Shown here piece by piece: positions 35,006 to 44,994 of a stretch of 64,000 nucleotides of DNA. The translations under genes were made by a program, and so were the position numbers. This DNA is from Acidimicrobiales bacterium (lineage in GTDB: Bacteria; Actinomycetota; Acidimicrobiia; Acidimicrobiales; JBBRAZ01): assembly GCA_038206295.1 (NCBI GenBank), contig JBBRAZ010000002.1, positions 39,267 through 103,266 of the forward strand, read 5' to 3'. Below the pieces are notes generated by a model. The model made no database searches, was not told where the DNA came from, and was given only the letters and a program-made list of their open reading frames with translations. The stretch's first letter is position 1, and every line of letters starts with the position of its first letter.

Positions 35006-37893
35006 GCGCCCGGAGTAGCGGCAGGAGCGACCGTGGCCGGCGCATCGGCCTCGGCATCTTGGGCTGCGAGCTCATCGATGGCCCCATTGCCTGGGCCGTA
35101 GGCAGACCACATCGTGGCGAAGTCGAACTTGGTTGCTCGGTCGGGCTGACCGAAGAAGACGTCGTCGATCAACGGGGTGATCCGGTACTTCCAGATTCGG
35201 CGGAGGCGCTCCTCGTCGAGCGTGCCCTCCTTGATCATGAAGTAGCTCGGACCGAGGACGAGGTGGCTCCCTTGCAGCTCGGACTTCAGCCGCTGATTGA
35301 CGCCGTCCACGAAGGTGGCGATCCAGTCTGGCTGGCCGTTTGTCTCCAGCCAGCGACTGAGGAGACCGGCAAGAGGGTTGCCATCGGCTTCGTCTGGAAC
35401 GAAGGGAACGAACTGGAAGCGGCGACGCAGCGCAGAATCGATGAGGGCGATCGACCGGTCGGCGGTGTTCATGGTCCCGATGATCCAAAGGTTCTCGGGA
35501 AGCTGGAAGGACTCCGACGGGCGGTAGAGGGGTCGAACCTCGCGGTCGCGGTACTCCAGGAGGAAGAACAGCTCTCCGAGGACCTTCTGGAGCTGCGCTC
35601 GGTTGATCTCGTCGATCACGAGCACGTAGGTGTTGTCCGAGTCGGCGGCGGCGTCCTGGGCGATCAGGCGGAGGGGCCCATCTTGGAGCACGTACCCCAG
35701 AGAGCCGTCTGCCCTGTTCTCTGGCCTGTACCCCTCGAAGAAGTCCTCGTAGCTCGTCGACGGGTGGAACTGGACGAGCATGTGACGCGACGGGTCGCCT
35801 GCGATCGCCTCGGCGAGCTCCTGTGCGACGAACGTCTTCCCAGTTCCTGGCGGCCCGTAGAAGATGACCTGCTTCGTCTCGTTGAGGAGGGAGACGATCT
35901 CGTCGAGGAAGCTCCGGTCGAGGAGCAGCGACTTCGCTGCGGCATCGATCGGATCATCAAGACTGGGCATGTCGACGGCGTCACCGTCGTCACTGCTCAA
36001 TCCCGAGCGATCGAGAAGCCAGTACAGGAATCGGCTCTGGATCCATGCATCTTCTGGCAGCACAGGATCCAGAATCCCTCGCAGGACATCGTTGGCCTGA
36101 ACGTGGCGTTCGCCAGCTGGCAGCGTGAGAGGCGGCACCGGCAGACCGAGCTGTGCCAGAGCGGCAGCCTTGCCATTCGGCCCGCCGAACGGGAACACGG
36201 GCAAGAACCGCTCGGGCTGGCATACCGCGAGCAGCTTCATGATGACGGAGTCCTTGAAGCCGCGAAACCCGAGGTCTGCGTCATCGAGCACGCGGTTGAT
36301 GCGAGCCTCGATCGGCTCGACCTCGTCCCACAGCAGGTAGTGCACCGTCTGCAGGAACCGATCTAGCTCAGCTGTCGACGCGTCGCGAAGTGTTGCGTTG
36401 AGGATCGACTGGGGCCCTGGGTTCCCGTAGACCTTGCCGTTGATGAGCTTTCGCAGCTCGGCGAAGTCGAGAGTTGCGAGATGTGCCGACGAGAGCATCG
36501 CTGCATACCTCGAGCGTTCACGCTCGTTCGTGTCGTCATCAGCGTTGGGATAGCCACGTTCCGCCTTGAACTGAGCAACGAGTTCCTCGAGCGTGGTGAT
36601 GTCGAAGGACGCGGAGTCCCCAGGCGCAGGTACTGGCGCTTCGCTTGTGCCCTGCTGCGCCAACGGGTCTGTGGGTACATCGCTGAGTTCCTCGATCGCA
36701 GCGAAGACCGGACGGAGCTCTTGAGCGATCGACACCACCTGCTGGCGGAGCTCGTTGATCGATGTTGCAGCATCAATCGGAACCTCTCGACCGAACAGCA
36801 TCCGACTTGGAGTCGGAGGGAGGTCGTCCCGGCTCGTCCAGCTCCAGGTCAGCTGGTCTATCCCGGTTGGTAGTGATGCTTCGACGGCGGCGACTGCTCG
36901 AGCCGTGAACCCCTTGCCGTTCTTCCGCAAGTACGGATTGAGTGCTACCAGGACTCTTCCAGGCTCGACGACCAGCACCAGCGCCCCAGTCGGGCGGCCG
37001 CCGGAATCGGGTGTCCAGGCGACCCAGGCGTCTCCTCGAAGCCGCTTTCGCTCCGGCACCCAGTACTCGGACGGCGTCGAGACCTTCACCGAACGGCCGA
37101 GCGCGAGGGCCACGTCGTCTCGCAGTGCGCGCCCTACGCGGTCCACGTCAGCGAGGACGACGGAGATGGCCGCCTTGCTCGAGTTGTATAGCGCCGGATC
37201 ACCGTCCGTCGGTTCTCGCGGATGGTCGAACACGCTCGCGCAGCGGGCAGGGCCGGTTGGATCGAGGCCAACAGCCTCTTGGTGATCGTGGAACCAGGCG
37301 AGAACCTGCTCGACGACAGGCCACGGTCCGAACTCAGCGCACTCGTCACGAAACGTGAGGTAGCGCTCGGCTTGTGCGGTGCTCGGGTAGCTACCTCCGA
37401 CGAACTTCAGTGAGATGAGCGCATTCTCGGCACTCGGCCACAGCGCTGGCCATCGGACGCTGTCCTGGAGCCACCAGAACCACGACAGGAGGAAGGCAGC
37501 TCGCCCCACTGCTGCTGCGCTCCCGCCTTCACGCAGCTTCTCGGTGTACGAGACGAGCGACTTGATGGCTGCAGCAGCCTCGTCGTCGGACTGCGGGACA
37601 GCGAGTGCAGGGATCAGCACCGCAACAGCCTCGGCGGCGTCTCCATCGTTGACGAGCTGGTTGAGGTACATCATCCCGTTCGGCCCGTTGAAGCCGAACA
37701 CCTGCTTCGACACGGCCCAGGAGTTCATGGCGGCTCGGAACGCCTTCGCGTCGTGGTTGGCGCGGAACGTCGCAACTGCTTCAAGAGCTTCTGGTCTCGC
37801 GTCATCCCGAAGCGCGGCGGCGTCCTCCGGGGTGCGGCGACTGGGATCGGCGAGCCACGCCCCGTGGATCTGAGCGAAGCGCAGTGACCGCAT
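35002..37893 (-). CDS. mcrB: McrB-family AAA+ GTPase with ~560-aa uncharacterised N-terminal extension
   Basis: The McrB motifs are FYGPPGTGKT, FHPSTSYEDFFEGYRP, VIDEINRA and IIGTMNTADRSIALIDSALRRRF. The start is taken at MRSLRF (37893) because the ORF extension to 38202 overlaps the methyltransferase gene. Confidence 0.85.
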   Translation of the reverse strand: MRSLRFAQIHGAWLADPSRRTPEDAAALRDDARPEALEAVATFRANHDAKAFRAAMNSWAVSKQVFGFNGPNGMMYLNQLVNDGDAAEAVAVLIPALAVPQSDDEAAAAIKSLVSYTEKLREGGSAAAVGRAAFLLSWFWWLQDSVRWPALWPSAENALISLKFVGGSYPSTAQAERYLTFRDECAEFGPWPVVEQVLAWFHDHQEAVGLDPTGPARCASVFDHPREPTDGDPALYNSSKAAISVVLADVDRVGRALRDDVALALGRSVKVSTPSEYWVPERKRLRGDAWVAWTPDSGGRPTGALVLVVEPGRVLVALNPYLRKNGKGFTARAVAAVEASLPTGIDQLTWSWTSRDDLPPTPSRMLFGREVPIDAATSINELRQQVVSIAQELRPVFAAIEELSDVPTDPLAQQGTSEAPVPAPGDSASFDITTLEELVAQFKAERGYPNADDDTNERERSRYAAMLSSAHLATLDFAELRKLINGKVYGNPGPQSILNATLRDASTAELDRFLQTVHYLLWDEVEPIEARINRVLDDADLGFRGFKDSVIMKLLAVCQPERFLPVFPFGGPNGKAAALAQLGLPVPPLTLPAGERHVQANDVLRGILDPVLPEDAWIQSRFLYWLLDRSGLSSDDGDAVDMPSLDDPIDAAAKSLLLDRSFLDEIVSLLNETKQVIFYGPPGTGKTFVAQELAEAIAGDPSRHMLVQFHPSTSYEDFFEGYRPENRADGSLGYVLQDGPLRLIAQDAAADSDNTYVLVIDEINRAQLQKVLGELFFLLEYRDREVRPLYRPSESFQLPENLWIIGTMNTADRSIALIDSALRRRFQFVPFVPDEADGNPLAGLLSRWLETNGQPDWIATFVDGVNQRLKSELQGSHLVLGPSYFMIKEGTLDEERLRRIWKYRITPLIDDVFFGQPDRATKFDFATMWSAYGPGNGAIDELAAQDAEADAPATVAPAATPGA

Positions 37894-37961
37894 CTGTCGT
37901 TCTGCGACAGAAGGTCGATCAGCTCTCACCCGGGTACCTCGTCTCTTCCGACGCCATCGCC

Positions 37962-40667
37962 CTAGACCTCGAACACCTGGAGGACCTCGTCCCCGTAGTC
38001 GTTGATGACCTTGACTGCGATCTTGCCGGTAGCGGGTCGGTCGAAGGGGGTCGACTCCGTGCGGTAGAGCGTCGCCCAGACCTCCTCGTCGACCTCGGCC
38101 TTCAGATCGCTCTTGAGCCGCTTGTACGGATCCTGCCCTCCGGTGAAGTAGCAGTGGCGCACGAAGAACGACTCCTCGTTGTAGCTGGTATCGATCATCC
38201 ACAGCGCGATGTGGTCGGTGTCGCGGCTGCGCACCTCGCCGGTGGTCGGGTCGAAGACGTCGACGCCGTGCAGCGTGACGACGAGCTGCCCGTCCGATTG
38301 AGGAGCGATCTCGATGTCGGGTTCGCCGAAGACGGTGAACAGGTTGCCGGCACCGGTCTTCTTCAGATCGTCGCCCATCACAAGGTCGCTGTTCATGCGC
38401 ACGAGCAGCACGGGTACGCGGCCGAGCTTGCGCTCGCCGGCCACGCTGGCGAAGTCGTCGTCGGTGGTGACCGCCACGCCGGCGGCGCCGAGCGCGGTGG
38501 GGTCGAACGCGAAGCCGAGCACGCAGAGCAGGTCGATGTCACCGGCCTTGATCGCCTCTTTGACCGCCGCCTTGATGAAGGTCTGCCCGACCGTGCCGTA
38601 CTCGGGGCCGATGGAGATGCCGATGCGGTCCGGTACGTCGTCGGCTTCGTCTTCCCCTGCGCCACGTCGCAGCGCGACTGCTTGGACGTACTCACCGGCG
38701 TAGGCCTCGACGGTCTCGATCTCGAGGCGCTCCTTGCGTCGGCCGTTCTGGATGCCGGCCTTCTGGAGATTGGCAAGGATCATCTGCTCGAACGATGCTG
38801 CGGAGGCGTCCGCAGCGGCGACCTGCTCGCTGGCTGGCTGCGCGGGACCACCGGCGAAGGCAAGGGAGCGGTGCGGCGAGAGGCTCTCGACGGTGAACGG
38901 TCCGGCCACTCGGACGCGCTTCTTGTCGATGTACGGCCTGTCGTAGAGGAGCTCGAAGTCAGCGTGGCGCTTGATCGCCGCGTCAATATCCTCCCTGGAC
39001 ATGCCCTCCTTAACGTCGGGGTTGTTGGCGATCGACTTCAGCGTGATGTGCTGCACCCGCTCGTAGACGAACCCATGCCGGATATCATCGGTCGGCTGTG
39101 AGGCAGCGAGCGTTGAGCCGGTGACAGCAGCTTCCTTCGCACGCCCCTCGGCCGAGTCGGCCAGAAGGTAGTACGGGAACTTCGCTCCCATGATCCTCTG
39201 GCGCGCAAGCGCCAACGCGACACGCGACGTGTCCACGGTGATCCAACGGCGACCCCATTGCTCGGCAACCGCGGCGGTCGTGCCTGAGCCGCAGGTCGGG
39301 TCGACGACGAGGTCACCAGGATCGGTGCACATGAGCATGCATCGCTCGATGACCCTGGTGTTCGTCTGGACGACATAGACCTTCTCGTCAGTGAACGCGC
39401 CGGTTTGCGTATCGGGCCAGACATTGTTGTACTCCGCCAGCGGGAAATCGTCGAGAAATCGAACGTAGGCGAGGGACCTCTGGGTCGGCGCACCGAGGCG
39501 ACCGGCAAGGGCGAGCCGCTGCATGCCATCAGCGTTTGTCTTCCAGTGGCTGCCGCGCCCGGGGTGGAAGCGAACACCGCCGAAGTCGAACTCAACGGTA
39601 CCGCTAGGTGTCGAACCCTGCGAGGTGAGGTTGTCATGCCGATAGACCTGAGAACCCCTCGGGAGGGTGGTCGGGTCAACTCGTTCAGTCGAAAGCATGG
39701 GCCGACGGGTTCCGTCGGTCATTTCAACGCGCCGATACCTAGCGCCGACGTCGTCCGCCAATGTTCTCCTGCGGTAGGTGCGCCGATACTTGAGTTGCCC
39801 GGTATCACGCGCGTACCAGATCACGAAGTCGCCGCTGCGGCCCAGCGCTGCAGATTGGGTGAACCCACTCGTTGTGGCAAAGCTAATCAGTGAGACGAAG
39901 TTCTCGCTGCCGAACACCTCGTCCATCAAGCAGCGCACGAGATGGACGTTCTCGTCGCCGATCTGTACGAAGATCGACCCGCTCTCCGTCAGCAGATCTC
40001 GCGCCACGAGCATCCGATCGCGCAGGTACCCGAGGTATGAGTGGATGCCGAGCTCCCAGGTGTCGCGAAAGGCCTTGATCTGCTCGACCTCGCGTGTGGC
40101 GTCTTCTAGCTTGCCGTCTTTCACGTCGCGCTTGCGCGTCGAGAGCTGCCAGTTGCTGCCGAACTTGATGCCGTAGGGCGGGTCCAGGTAGATCATCTGC
40201 ACCTTGCCGCGAAGGGCCTCGCGCTCCGCCAGGCTGGCCATGACGGCCAGTGAGTCGCCGAGGATCATGCGGTTCGACCAGTTCGACTCGTGCTGGTAGA
40301 AGTCGACGAGGTCAAGGTCGCCGAGACCATCGAAGGAGTCGAACAGCGTCAACTCGGGCTCCGACTCTCCGGCGGCTGCGGTGGTGCGCAGGTTCTCGAT
40401 CAGTACCCGCGGGTCGATCTTCTCCTGGATGTAGATCGGCGGGACGGTCACCTCCAGTTCGTCAGCGTCGTCGTCCTTGCCCTTCCACACGAGCTGCGGG
40501 TCGAGGCTCGGGTCACGATCCCAGCGCAGCGTGATCGGCTCCTCGACCTCTGGGGTCACGAACTCCTGCGCGTCGGCCGTGGGGATGTTGGCGCGCTTGT
40601 CGGCGTGCACGATGGCCTCGACGGGCTTGGGTGCCTTCGGGGCGGCGGCCTTCTTGCGGGCGGGCAT
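37962..40667 (-). CDS. DNA methyltransferase, beta-class N6A/N4C (Type III Mod-like), 901 aa
   Basis: Motif IV (IYLDPPYGIKF) precedes motif I (VVDPTCGSGTTA). Confidence 0.9.
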   Translation of the reverse strand: MPARKKAAAPKAPKPVEAIVHADKRANIPTADAQEFVTPEVEEPITLRWDRDPSLDPQLVWKGKDDDADELEVTVPPIYIQEKIDPRVLIENLRTTAAAGESEPELTLFDSFDGLGDLDLVDFYQHESNWSNRMILGDSLAVMASLAEREALRGKVQMIYLDPPYGIKFGSNWQLSTRKRDVKDGKLEDATREVEQIKAFRDTWELGIHSYLGYLRDRMLVARDLLTESGSIFVQIGDENVHLVRCLMDEVFGSENFVSLISFATTSGFTQSAALGRSGDFVIWYARDTGQLKYRRTYRRRTLADDVGARYRRVEMTDGTRRPMLSTERVDPTTLPRGSQVYRHDNLTSQGSTPSGTVEFDFGGVRFHPGRGSHWKTNADGMQRLALAGRLGAPTQRSLAYVRFLDDFPLAEYNNVWPDTQTGAFTDEKVYVVQTNTRVIERCMLMCTDPGDLVVDPTCGSGTTAAVAEQWGRRWITVDTSRVALALARQRIMGAKFPYYLLADSAEGRAKEAAVTGSTLAASQPTDDIRHGFVYERVQHITLKSIANNPDVKEGMSREDIDAAIKRHADFELLYDRPYIDKKRVRVAGPFTVESLSPHRSLAFAGGPAQPASEQVAAADASAASFEQMILANLQKAGIQNGRRKERLEIETVEAYAGEYVQAVALRRGAGEDEADDVPDRIGISIGPEYGTVGQTFIKAAVKEAIKAGDIDLLCVLGFAFDPTALGAAGVAVTTDDDFASVAGERKLGRVPVLLVRMNSDLVMGDDLKKTGAGNLFTVFGEPDIEIAPQSDGQLVVTLHGVDVFDPTTGEVRSRDTDHIALWMIDTSYNEESFFVRHCYFTGGQDPYKRLKSDLKAEVDEEVWATLYRTESTPFDRPATGKIAVKVINDYGDEVLQVFEV

Positions 40668-40683
40668 GAGCTGCGGTGGTCTC

Positions 40684-43600
40684 CTACGTCAGCGCGCCGG
40701 CCAGCATGGCCGACGACTCAAGGTTCTTGATGGCTCGATCGATGCGGTGCCGGACGGTGTCCATGTCGCCAACCTCCAGGAACGCCCAGGTGCCCCAACC
40801 GCCGTGGTTATTGACTGCCGGACACCACTGGTCGCGTGCCGCTGCAGCCTTCGCCTTCGTGGGGCCGGGCGACTTCTGGCTTCCGGACACTTCGATGATC
40901 AGGGTGCGGGCCTCGCCGCCGGGGCCGTCGGCGAGGCGAGCGAGGAAGTCAGGCACGTAGATGTGACTGCGTCCCTCGTGCACGTACGGGATGTGGAAGC
41001 TGAGGTGATCGTTCTTCACGTAGGCAACCACCTTCGGGTGCGCCTCGAGGATCGCCGCCACCTTCTCCTCCCATGCGTTGCCCTTCTGGCCGTCGAGGGT
41101 GACGTGGCTGACGTGGGATTTCGTCGTTTCGATCACGTACTTCCGCGTGACGAAGTCGACGCCAGCGGTCGAGCCATGGGGGTCGTTGCCACGGAGCATC
41201 GGCCGCAGCACCTGCTCGCGGTGCTCGTCGCTGTCGACTCTCACCAGCGCCTCGTAGACCTTCTCGGCTGCGCGGTGGCAAGCGGCGTCGGAGAGGAGCA
41301 GCCCGGGGAACGCGTCGGGGTCGTAGGTGACGCACCGGTCGAGCCACACCTTGGTGAGGTCGACGAGCTGAGGGAATAGCCAGGGGCGAGGGTCGCCATC
41401 GAGGGTCGGCAACCGGCCGACGAGGATGCTGGCGATCTTGTAGGCCACCTGCTGGGGGCGGGCGTTCCGATGCTCCTCGAGGTCGATCTCGTCGGATGGG
41501 CCGACGATGCCCTCCATCTGCACCCACGTGGCGACCTCGTTGCGGCTCACGTTGAACCACGCGTGCTCAGACTCGAAGTCCGGGTGGAGCGGTTGGTCAG
41601 GCATCTCGATGCGGTAGCCGTCGAGCTTCGGGAACCGGATCTCGAGGGCGGCGCGATCGGGGAGGGCCTGCACGAGCACGGCAGGTTTCTTGGGCAGTGG
41701 ATCGCCGACCTTCCGATCGGAAGGAATGAACGCGAACGGGACGCCGTACACCTCCGCGTACTCGGGCTCGAAGAAGCCCTCCTCGTTGACGGCGTAGCTC
41801 CGGCGGCGCAGCCCGCGGCCCACGACCTGCTCGCAGAGGAGCTGGCTGCCGAACCGGCGGATGCCCAGGATGTGCGTGACGGTGTTGGCGTCCCACCCCT
41901 CTGTGAGCATCTGCACCGACACGACGCAGCGCACGTGCTCACCGAGCTTCCCCGGCTTGCCGACTGTGTTCATCACCTCGCGCAGGAGGTCCTCGTCGGT
42001 GAGCTTGTCCGGATCCCCTCCGGGGGTGCGTCGTCGGTACTCCGCCTTGAAGGCCTCGATCTCGTGCGCCGCTGCTCGCTTCAGGTCGTCGGGGAACGAG
42101 TCGCCTGCCTCCAGAGCCGCGGAATCGATGAGGATCGTCGGCGGTCGCACAAGCCAGCGCCCGTCCTCATCCACATTGGACAGGAGGGGGAGGCGTCCGG
42201 GCCTCGGGATTGTGGTGCCGTCGTCGCGCTCCACGTCCACTCCAGCAATCCAGTCGAAGACGAGCTTCGACACCACCGTGTTCGGGCACACGACGATGAA
42301 CACGGGCGGTGGCTCACCGAGCTTTGCCAACTCGTTCTGGTAGCGGGTGAACGATTTCTGGTAGCTGCGGTAGAGGGACTCGAGGGCACCCTGGAGAGCC
42401 TCGGGAGGTACCCAGCCCTGCGCGCCAGCCGCGGAGTCGACCTGAGCAGACTTCGCGGCTCGCGACTTTGGGAGCTTGTCGCCGACGTGGTCCCACAAGC
42501 GGAGGTAGCTGACCACGTCGCCGGCTGCGTCATCGTCGACGGGCACCCGCGGGATCTTCACGATGCCGCTCTCGATGGCGTCCATCAGCGAGAAGTCGCT
42601 CACCGTCCAAGGGAAGATGAACCCCTCGTTGTAGCCAGAGCCCTTCAGGTAGAAGGGCGTGGCCGAAAGGTCGTAGATGGTCTTGATGCCGATCTTCTTG
42701 CGGATGGCCTGGAGGCCCTTGAACCAGACGCGGGCATCAGCGTTGCGCTCCTTCGCCTCCTTGTCGGCGGATGGAACGGACTCGTCGGCATCGAGAAGCC
42801 GGTCCTGGTAGCAGTGGTGCGCCTCATCGTTGAGGACGACGATCTCTCCCTGCTTGGACTGCGTGCCGCCGCTGAAGCCCCGCATGAGATCGCTGACCAT
42901 GTCATCGGGCGTCTGCTTGAACGGGTCGACGTCCTTGCCGCGGTTGAGGATCTTGCGCGTGTTGGCTGCCACCCCCTTGATCTCCTTGCGGTCCTGCAGG
43001 AGAAATGCGTGGTAGTTCGTGATGAGGATGTCGGCCTCGCGGAGGTGAGGGGCGAGGTCCGGCGGGACGAGGTCGAACTTCCGGTAGTAGTTGTCGGGGT
43101 CCGCCGGGTCGAGAACTCGCAGCCTGTCCCGGATGGTGATGCCAGGGGTGACGATGAGGAAGCGCTTCGCGAACCGGGCGTCACGCGGGCTGGTGACCTT
43201 GTTCGCGGTCTGCCAGACGATAAGCATCGCCATCACGAGGGTCTTGCCCGACCCCGTCGCCATCTTCAGCGCCACGCGGGGCAGGCCATCGTTGTGGGTC
43301 GCGTTCTGCTCGTCGATGCCGACGCGGAAGTCCGGTTCCCCCTTCCGTCCGGCAACCTCAGCGAGGTAGATGGCGGTCTCGGCTGCTTCGCGCTGGCAGA
43401 ACAGCATCCGCTCGTCGCGAACCGGGGGAAGCGCCGCCCAGTGGAGAAGGAGGTTGCGCGTTACTGGTGTGACGCCGAAGTAGCCGTTGGCCCGCCACAG
43501 CTCGACGCGGTTGCGGATGAGGTTGATGAGCTGGTTGTGCTCGCGGCGTTCGCCGGTGGCATCGAAGTCGAGCTCGTCCTCGACCACCGATGGGGTGCCA

Positions 43601-43782
43601 CCCGACTTTGCTGCGGCGCGGCGCTTGCCCTTCTTCGGTGCGGGGATCGGGATGAACGACTCGCTCGGCCGGCGACCGGGCACCAGTACACCGGTCGGAC
43701 CGGCCGGACCGATCTCGAAGTGCTGCTCCGGTGGGTCGTAGGGCGAGTTCAAGATCGGATTGTCCAGCGCCCCCTCAGCCAC
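40684..43782 (-). CDS. Type III-like restriction enzyme Res subunit (SF2 DEAH helicase plus C-terminal PD-(D/E)xK-like nuclease)
   Basis: The helicase motifs are MATGSGKT, NDEAHH, SATP, TEGWD and QVVGRGLRR. The C-terminal nuclease-like motif is YVPDF...IIEVSGSQK. Confidence 0.85.
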   Translation of the reverse strand: MAEGALDNPILNSPYDPPEQHFEIGPAGPTGVLVPGRRPSESFIPIPAPKKGKRRAAAKSGGTPSVVEDELDFDATGERREHNQLINLIRNRVELWRANGYFGVTPVTRNLLLHWAALPPVRDERMLFCQREAAETAIYLAEVAGRKGEPDFRVGIDEQNATHNDGLPRVALKMATGSGKTLVMAMLIVWQTANKVTSPRDARFAKRFLIVTPGITIRDRLRVLDPADPDNYYRKFDLVPPDLAPHLREADILITNYHAFLLQDRKEIKGVAANTRKILNRGKDVDPFKQTPDDMVSDLMRGFSGGTQSKQGEIVVLNDEAHHCYQDRLLDADESVPSADKEAKERNADARVWFKGLQAIRKKIGIKTIYDLSATPFYLKGSGYNEGFIFPWTVSDFSLMDAIESGIVKIPRVPVDDDAAGDVVSYLRLWDHVGDKLPKSRAAKSAQVDSAAGAQGWVPPEALQGALESLYRSYQKSFTRYQNELAKLGEPPPVFIVVCPNTVVSKLVFDWIAGVDVERDDGTTIPRPGRLPLLSNVDEDGRWLVRPPTILIDSAALEAGDSFPDDLKRAAAHEIEAFKAEYRRRTPGGDPDKLTDEDLLREVMNTVGKPGKLGEHVRCVVSVQMLTEGWDANTVTHILGIRRFGSQLLCEQVVGRGLRRRSYAVNEEGFFEPEYAEVYGVPFAFIPSDRKVGDPLPKKPAVLVQALPDRAALEIRFPKLDGYRIEMPDQPLHPDFESEHAWFNVSRNEVATWVQMEGIVGPSDEIDLEEHRNARPQQVAYKIASILVGRLPTLDGDPRPWLFPQLVDLTKVWLDRCVTYDPDAFPGLLLSDAACHRAAEKVYEALVRVDSDEHREQVLRPMLRGNDPHGSTAGVDFVTRKYVIETTKSHVSHVTLDGQKGNAWEEKVAAILEAHPKVVAYVKNDHLSFHIPYVHEGRSHIYVPDFLARLADGPGGEARTLIIEVSGSQKSPGPTKAKAAAARDQWCPAVNNHGGWGTWAFLEVGDMDTVRHRIDRAIKNLESSAMLAGALT

Positions 43783-43941
43783 GCATGCACACTACGCGGC
43801 TGCTGTGACAGCCGCTCCAGAGGGCATACCCCCGTGCCACGATCTCGCCATGTGCATCGAGGTGAGCTGCGTCGACGGCCGTCGGCGTCCTGGTGAGGCC
43901 GGATTGAACGGAATATCGATCAATTGTCCGATAGATCGAAC

Positions 43942-44556
43942 ATGAGTATCCTTGGGCACATGGATCTCCAGCGGCCCCACAACGACCTCGGCATGGGCAC
44001 GACCGGCGACGTGCTCATGGCGTTGCTTCCCCTCGCTGCACCGGTGTCGGGTCGTCAGATCGCGCAGCGCGCCGACCGGTCGCCGTCGCAGGTCGCTGCG
44101 GTGCTCGGTGATCTGGTCCACGCGGGCATCGTCCGAGCGACGCCGGCACCTCCGTCGATCCTCTACGAGCTCATCCGTGAGCACGTCCTCGTGCCCGCAC
44201 TCGAGGCGATCGCGGCGAGTCGGACGAGCTGGCGAGATCGGGCGGCACTGCTCATCGGCAGCTGGTCCATAGCCCCTGGCGCTGTCGTCGTGTTCGGCTC
44301 AGCGGCGACCGGCGCAGCTCATCCCGGTAGTGACATCGATGTGCTCGTCGTGGCGCCCACGCGCGCTGCTGCATCCCACGACACCTGGCAGCAGCAGCTG
44401 CTCGAGCTGCGAAGCTCGATTCACGCGTGGACGGGCAACGACGTCGAGATCGTGGAGATCACGCGCAACGCGCTGCGCAAGAACGCGCGCCTGCACGGCG
44501 ATGTGCTGCGCGACGGCGTCGTGCTCGCTGGCACGCTGCCAGGACGCGCCGCGTGA
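43942..44556 (+). CDS. winged-HTH plus minimal nucleotidyltransferase (MNT) protein
   Basis: The NTase motif is FGSAATGAAHPGSDIDVLVV. An alternative TTG start lies at 43924. Confidence 0.75.
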   Translation: MSILGHMDLQRPHNDLGMGTTGDVLMALLPLAAPVSGRQIAQRADRSPSQVAAVLGDLVHAGIVRATPAPPSILYELIREHVLVPALEAIAASRTSWRDRAALLIGSWSIAPGAVVVFGSAATGAAHPGSDIDVLVVAPTRAAASHDTWQQQLLELRSSIHAWTGNDVEIVEITRNALRKNARLHGDVLRDGVVLAGTLPGRAA

Positions 44557-44960
44557 TGGCCCGAGGTGGAGGGCGACCGAAGCCGTGCTCCGTGCAGGAT
44601 GCGATCGCCCGGCTGTCGAAGGCCGAGCAGTTCCTCCTGCTCGCCGGGCTCGCCGTCGACGACGCTGCGCTGCGTTCGGCAGAGGCGTCCAACCTCGTCC
44701 TGGCCGGGATCGCGGCCTCCGACGTCATCTGCTGCGCGCGATTGGGTCGACGATCTGGAGCGGCCGACCACACCGCTGCGGTGGCCATGCTCGCCACCGT
44801 CGATGTCTCGGCCGCGAAATCTCTCGACGCGCTGCTCCGCCTCAAGTCCGTCGCCCAGTACGACACGGCGAATCCGACCGCCCAACAACTGCTGTCAGCG
44901 CGTCGCGCCGCTCAGGCGTTGGCAGCTGCGGCGAGGCGAGCCCTCGCTGAGGTGGATTGA
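44556..44960 (+). CDS. HEPN-like (SAV_6107-type) protein, partner of MNT
   Basis: Its ATG overlaps the upstream TGA by 1 nt. The segment LAGIAASDVICCARLGRRSGAADHTAAVAML is present. Confidence 0.6.
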   Translation: MARGGGRPKPCSVQDAIARLSKAEQFLLLAGLAVDDAALRSAEASNLVLAGIAASDVICCARLGRRSGAADHTAAVAMLATVDVSAAKSLDALLRLKSVAQYDTANPTAQQLLSARRAAQALAAAARRALAEVD

Positions 44961-44994
44961 CCGGTGCTCCACTGGTCCGCAGACGGCACTCGGC

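Larger units (their letters stand above)
30459..43900. other. lower-GC genomic (defence) island without recognisable mobility genes
   Basis: Hand counts of 60-nt lines give 60% (30661), 55% (30721), 42% (31381) and 58% (36481). Flanking lines give 73% at 29281 and about 73% at 44041. All six genes in the island are defence-type. Confidence 0.6.

Noticed and set aside
37894-38202. The upstream extension of the McrB-like ORF (start at 38202).
   Set aside because: It would overlap the 3' end of the methyltransferase gene by 241 nt and encodes Arg/Gly-rich sequence. MRSLRF at 37893 leaves a clean 68-nt gap.
30459-43900. Calling the island an integrative mobile element or prophage remnant.
   Set aside because: I could find no integrase, recombinase, transposase, tRNA target or flanking direct repeats by eye. 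Only the composition shift and gene content support horizontal origin.
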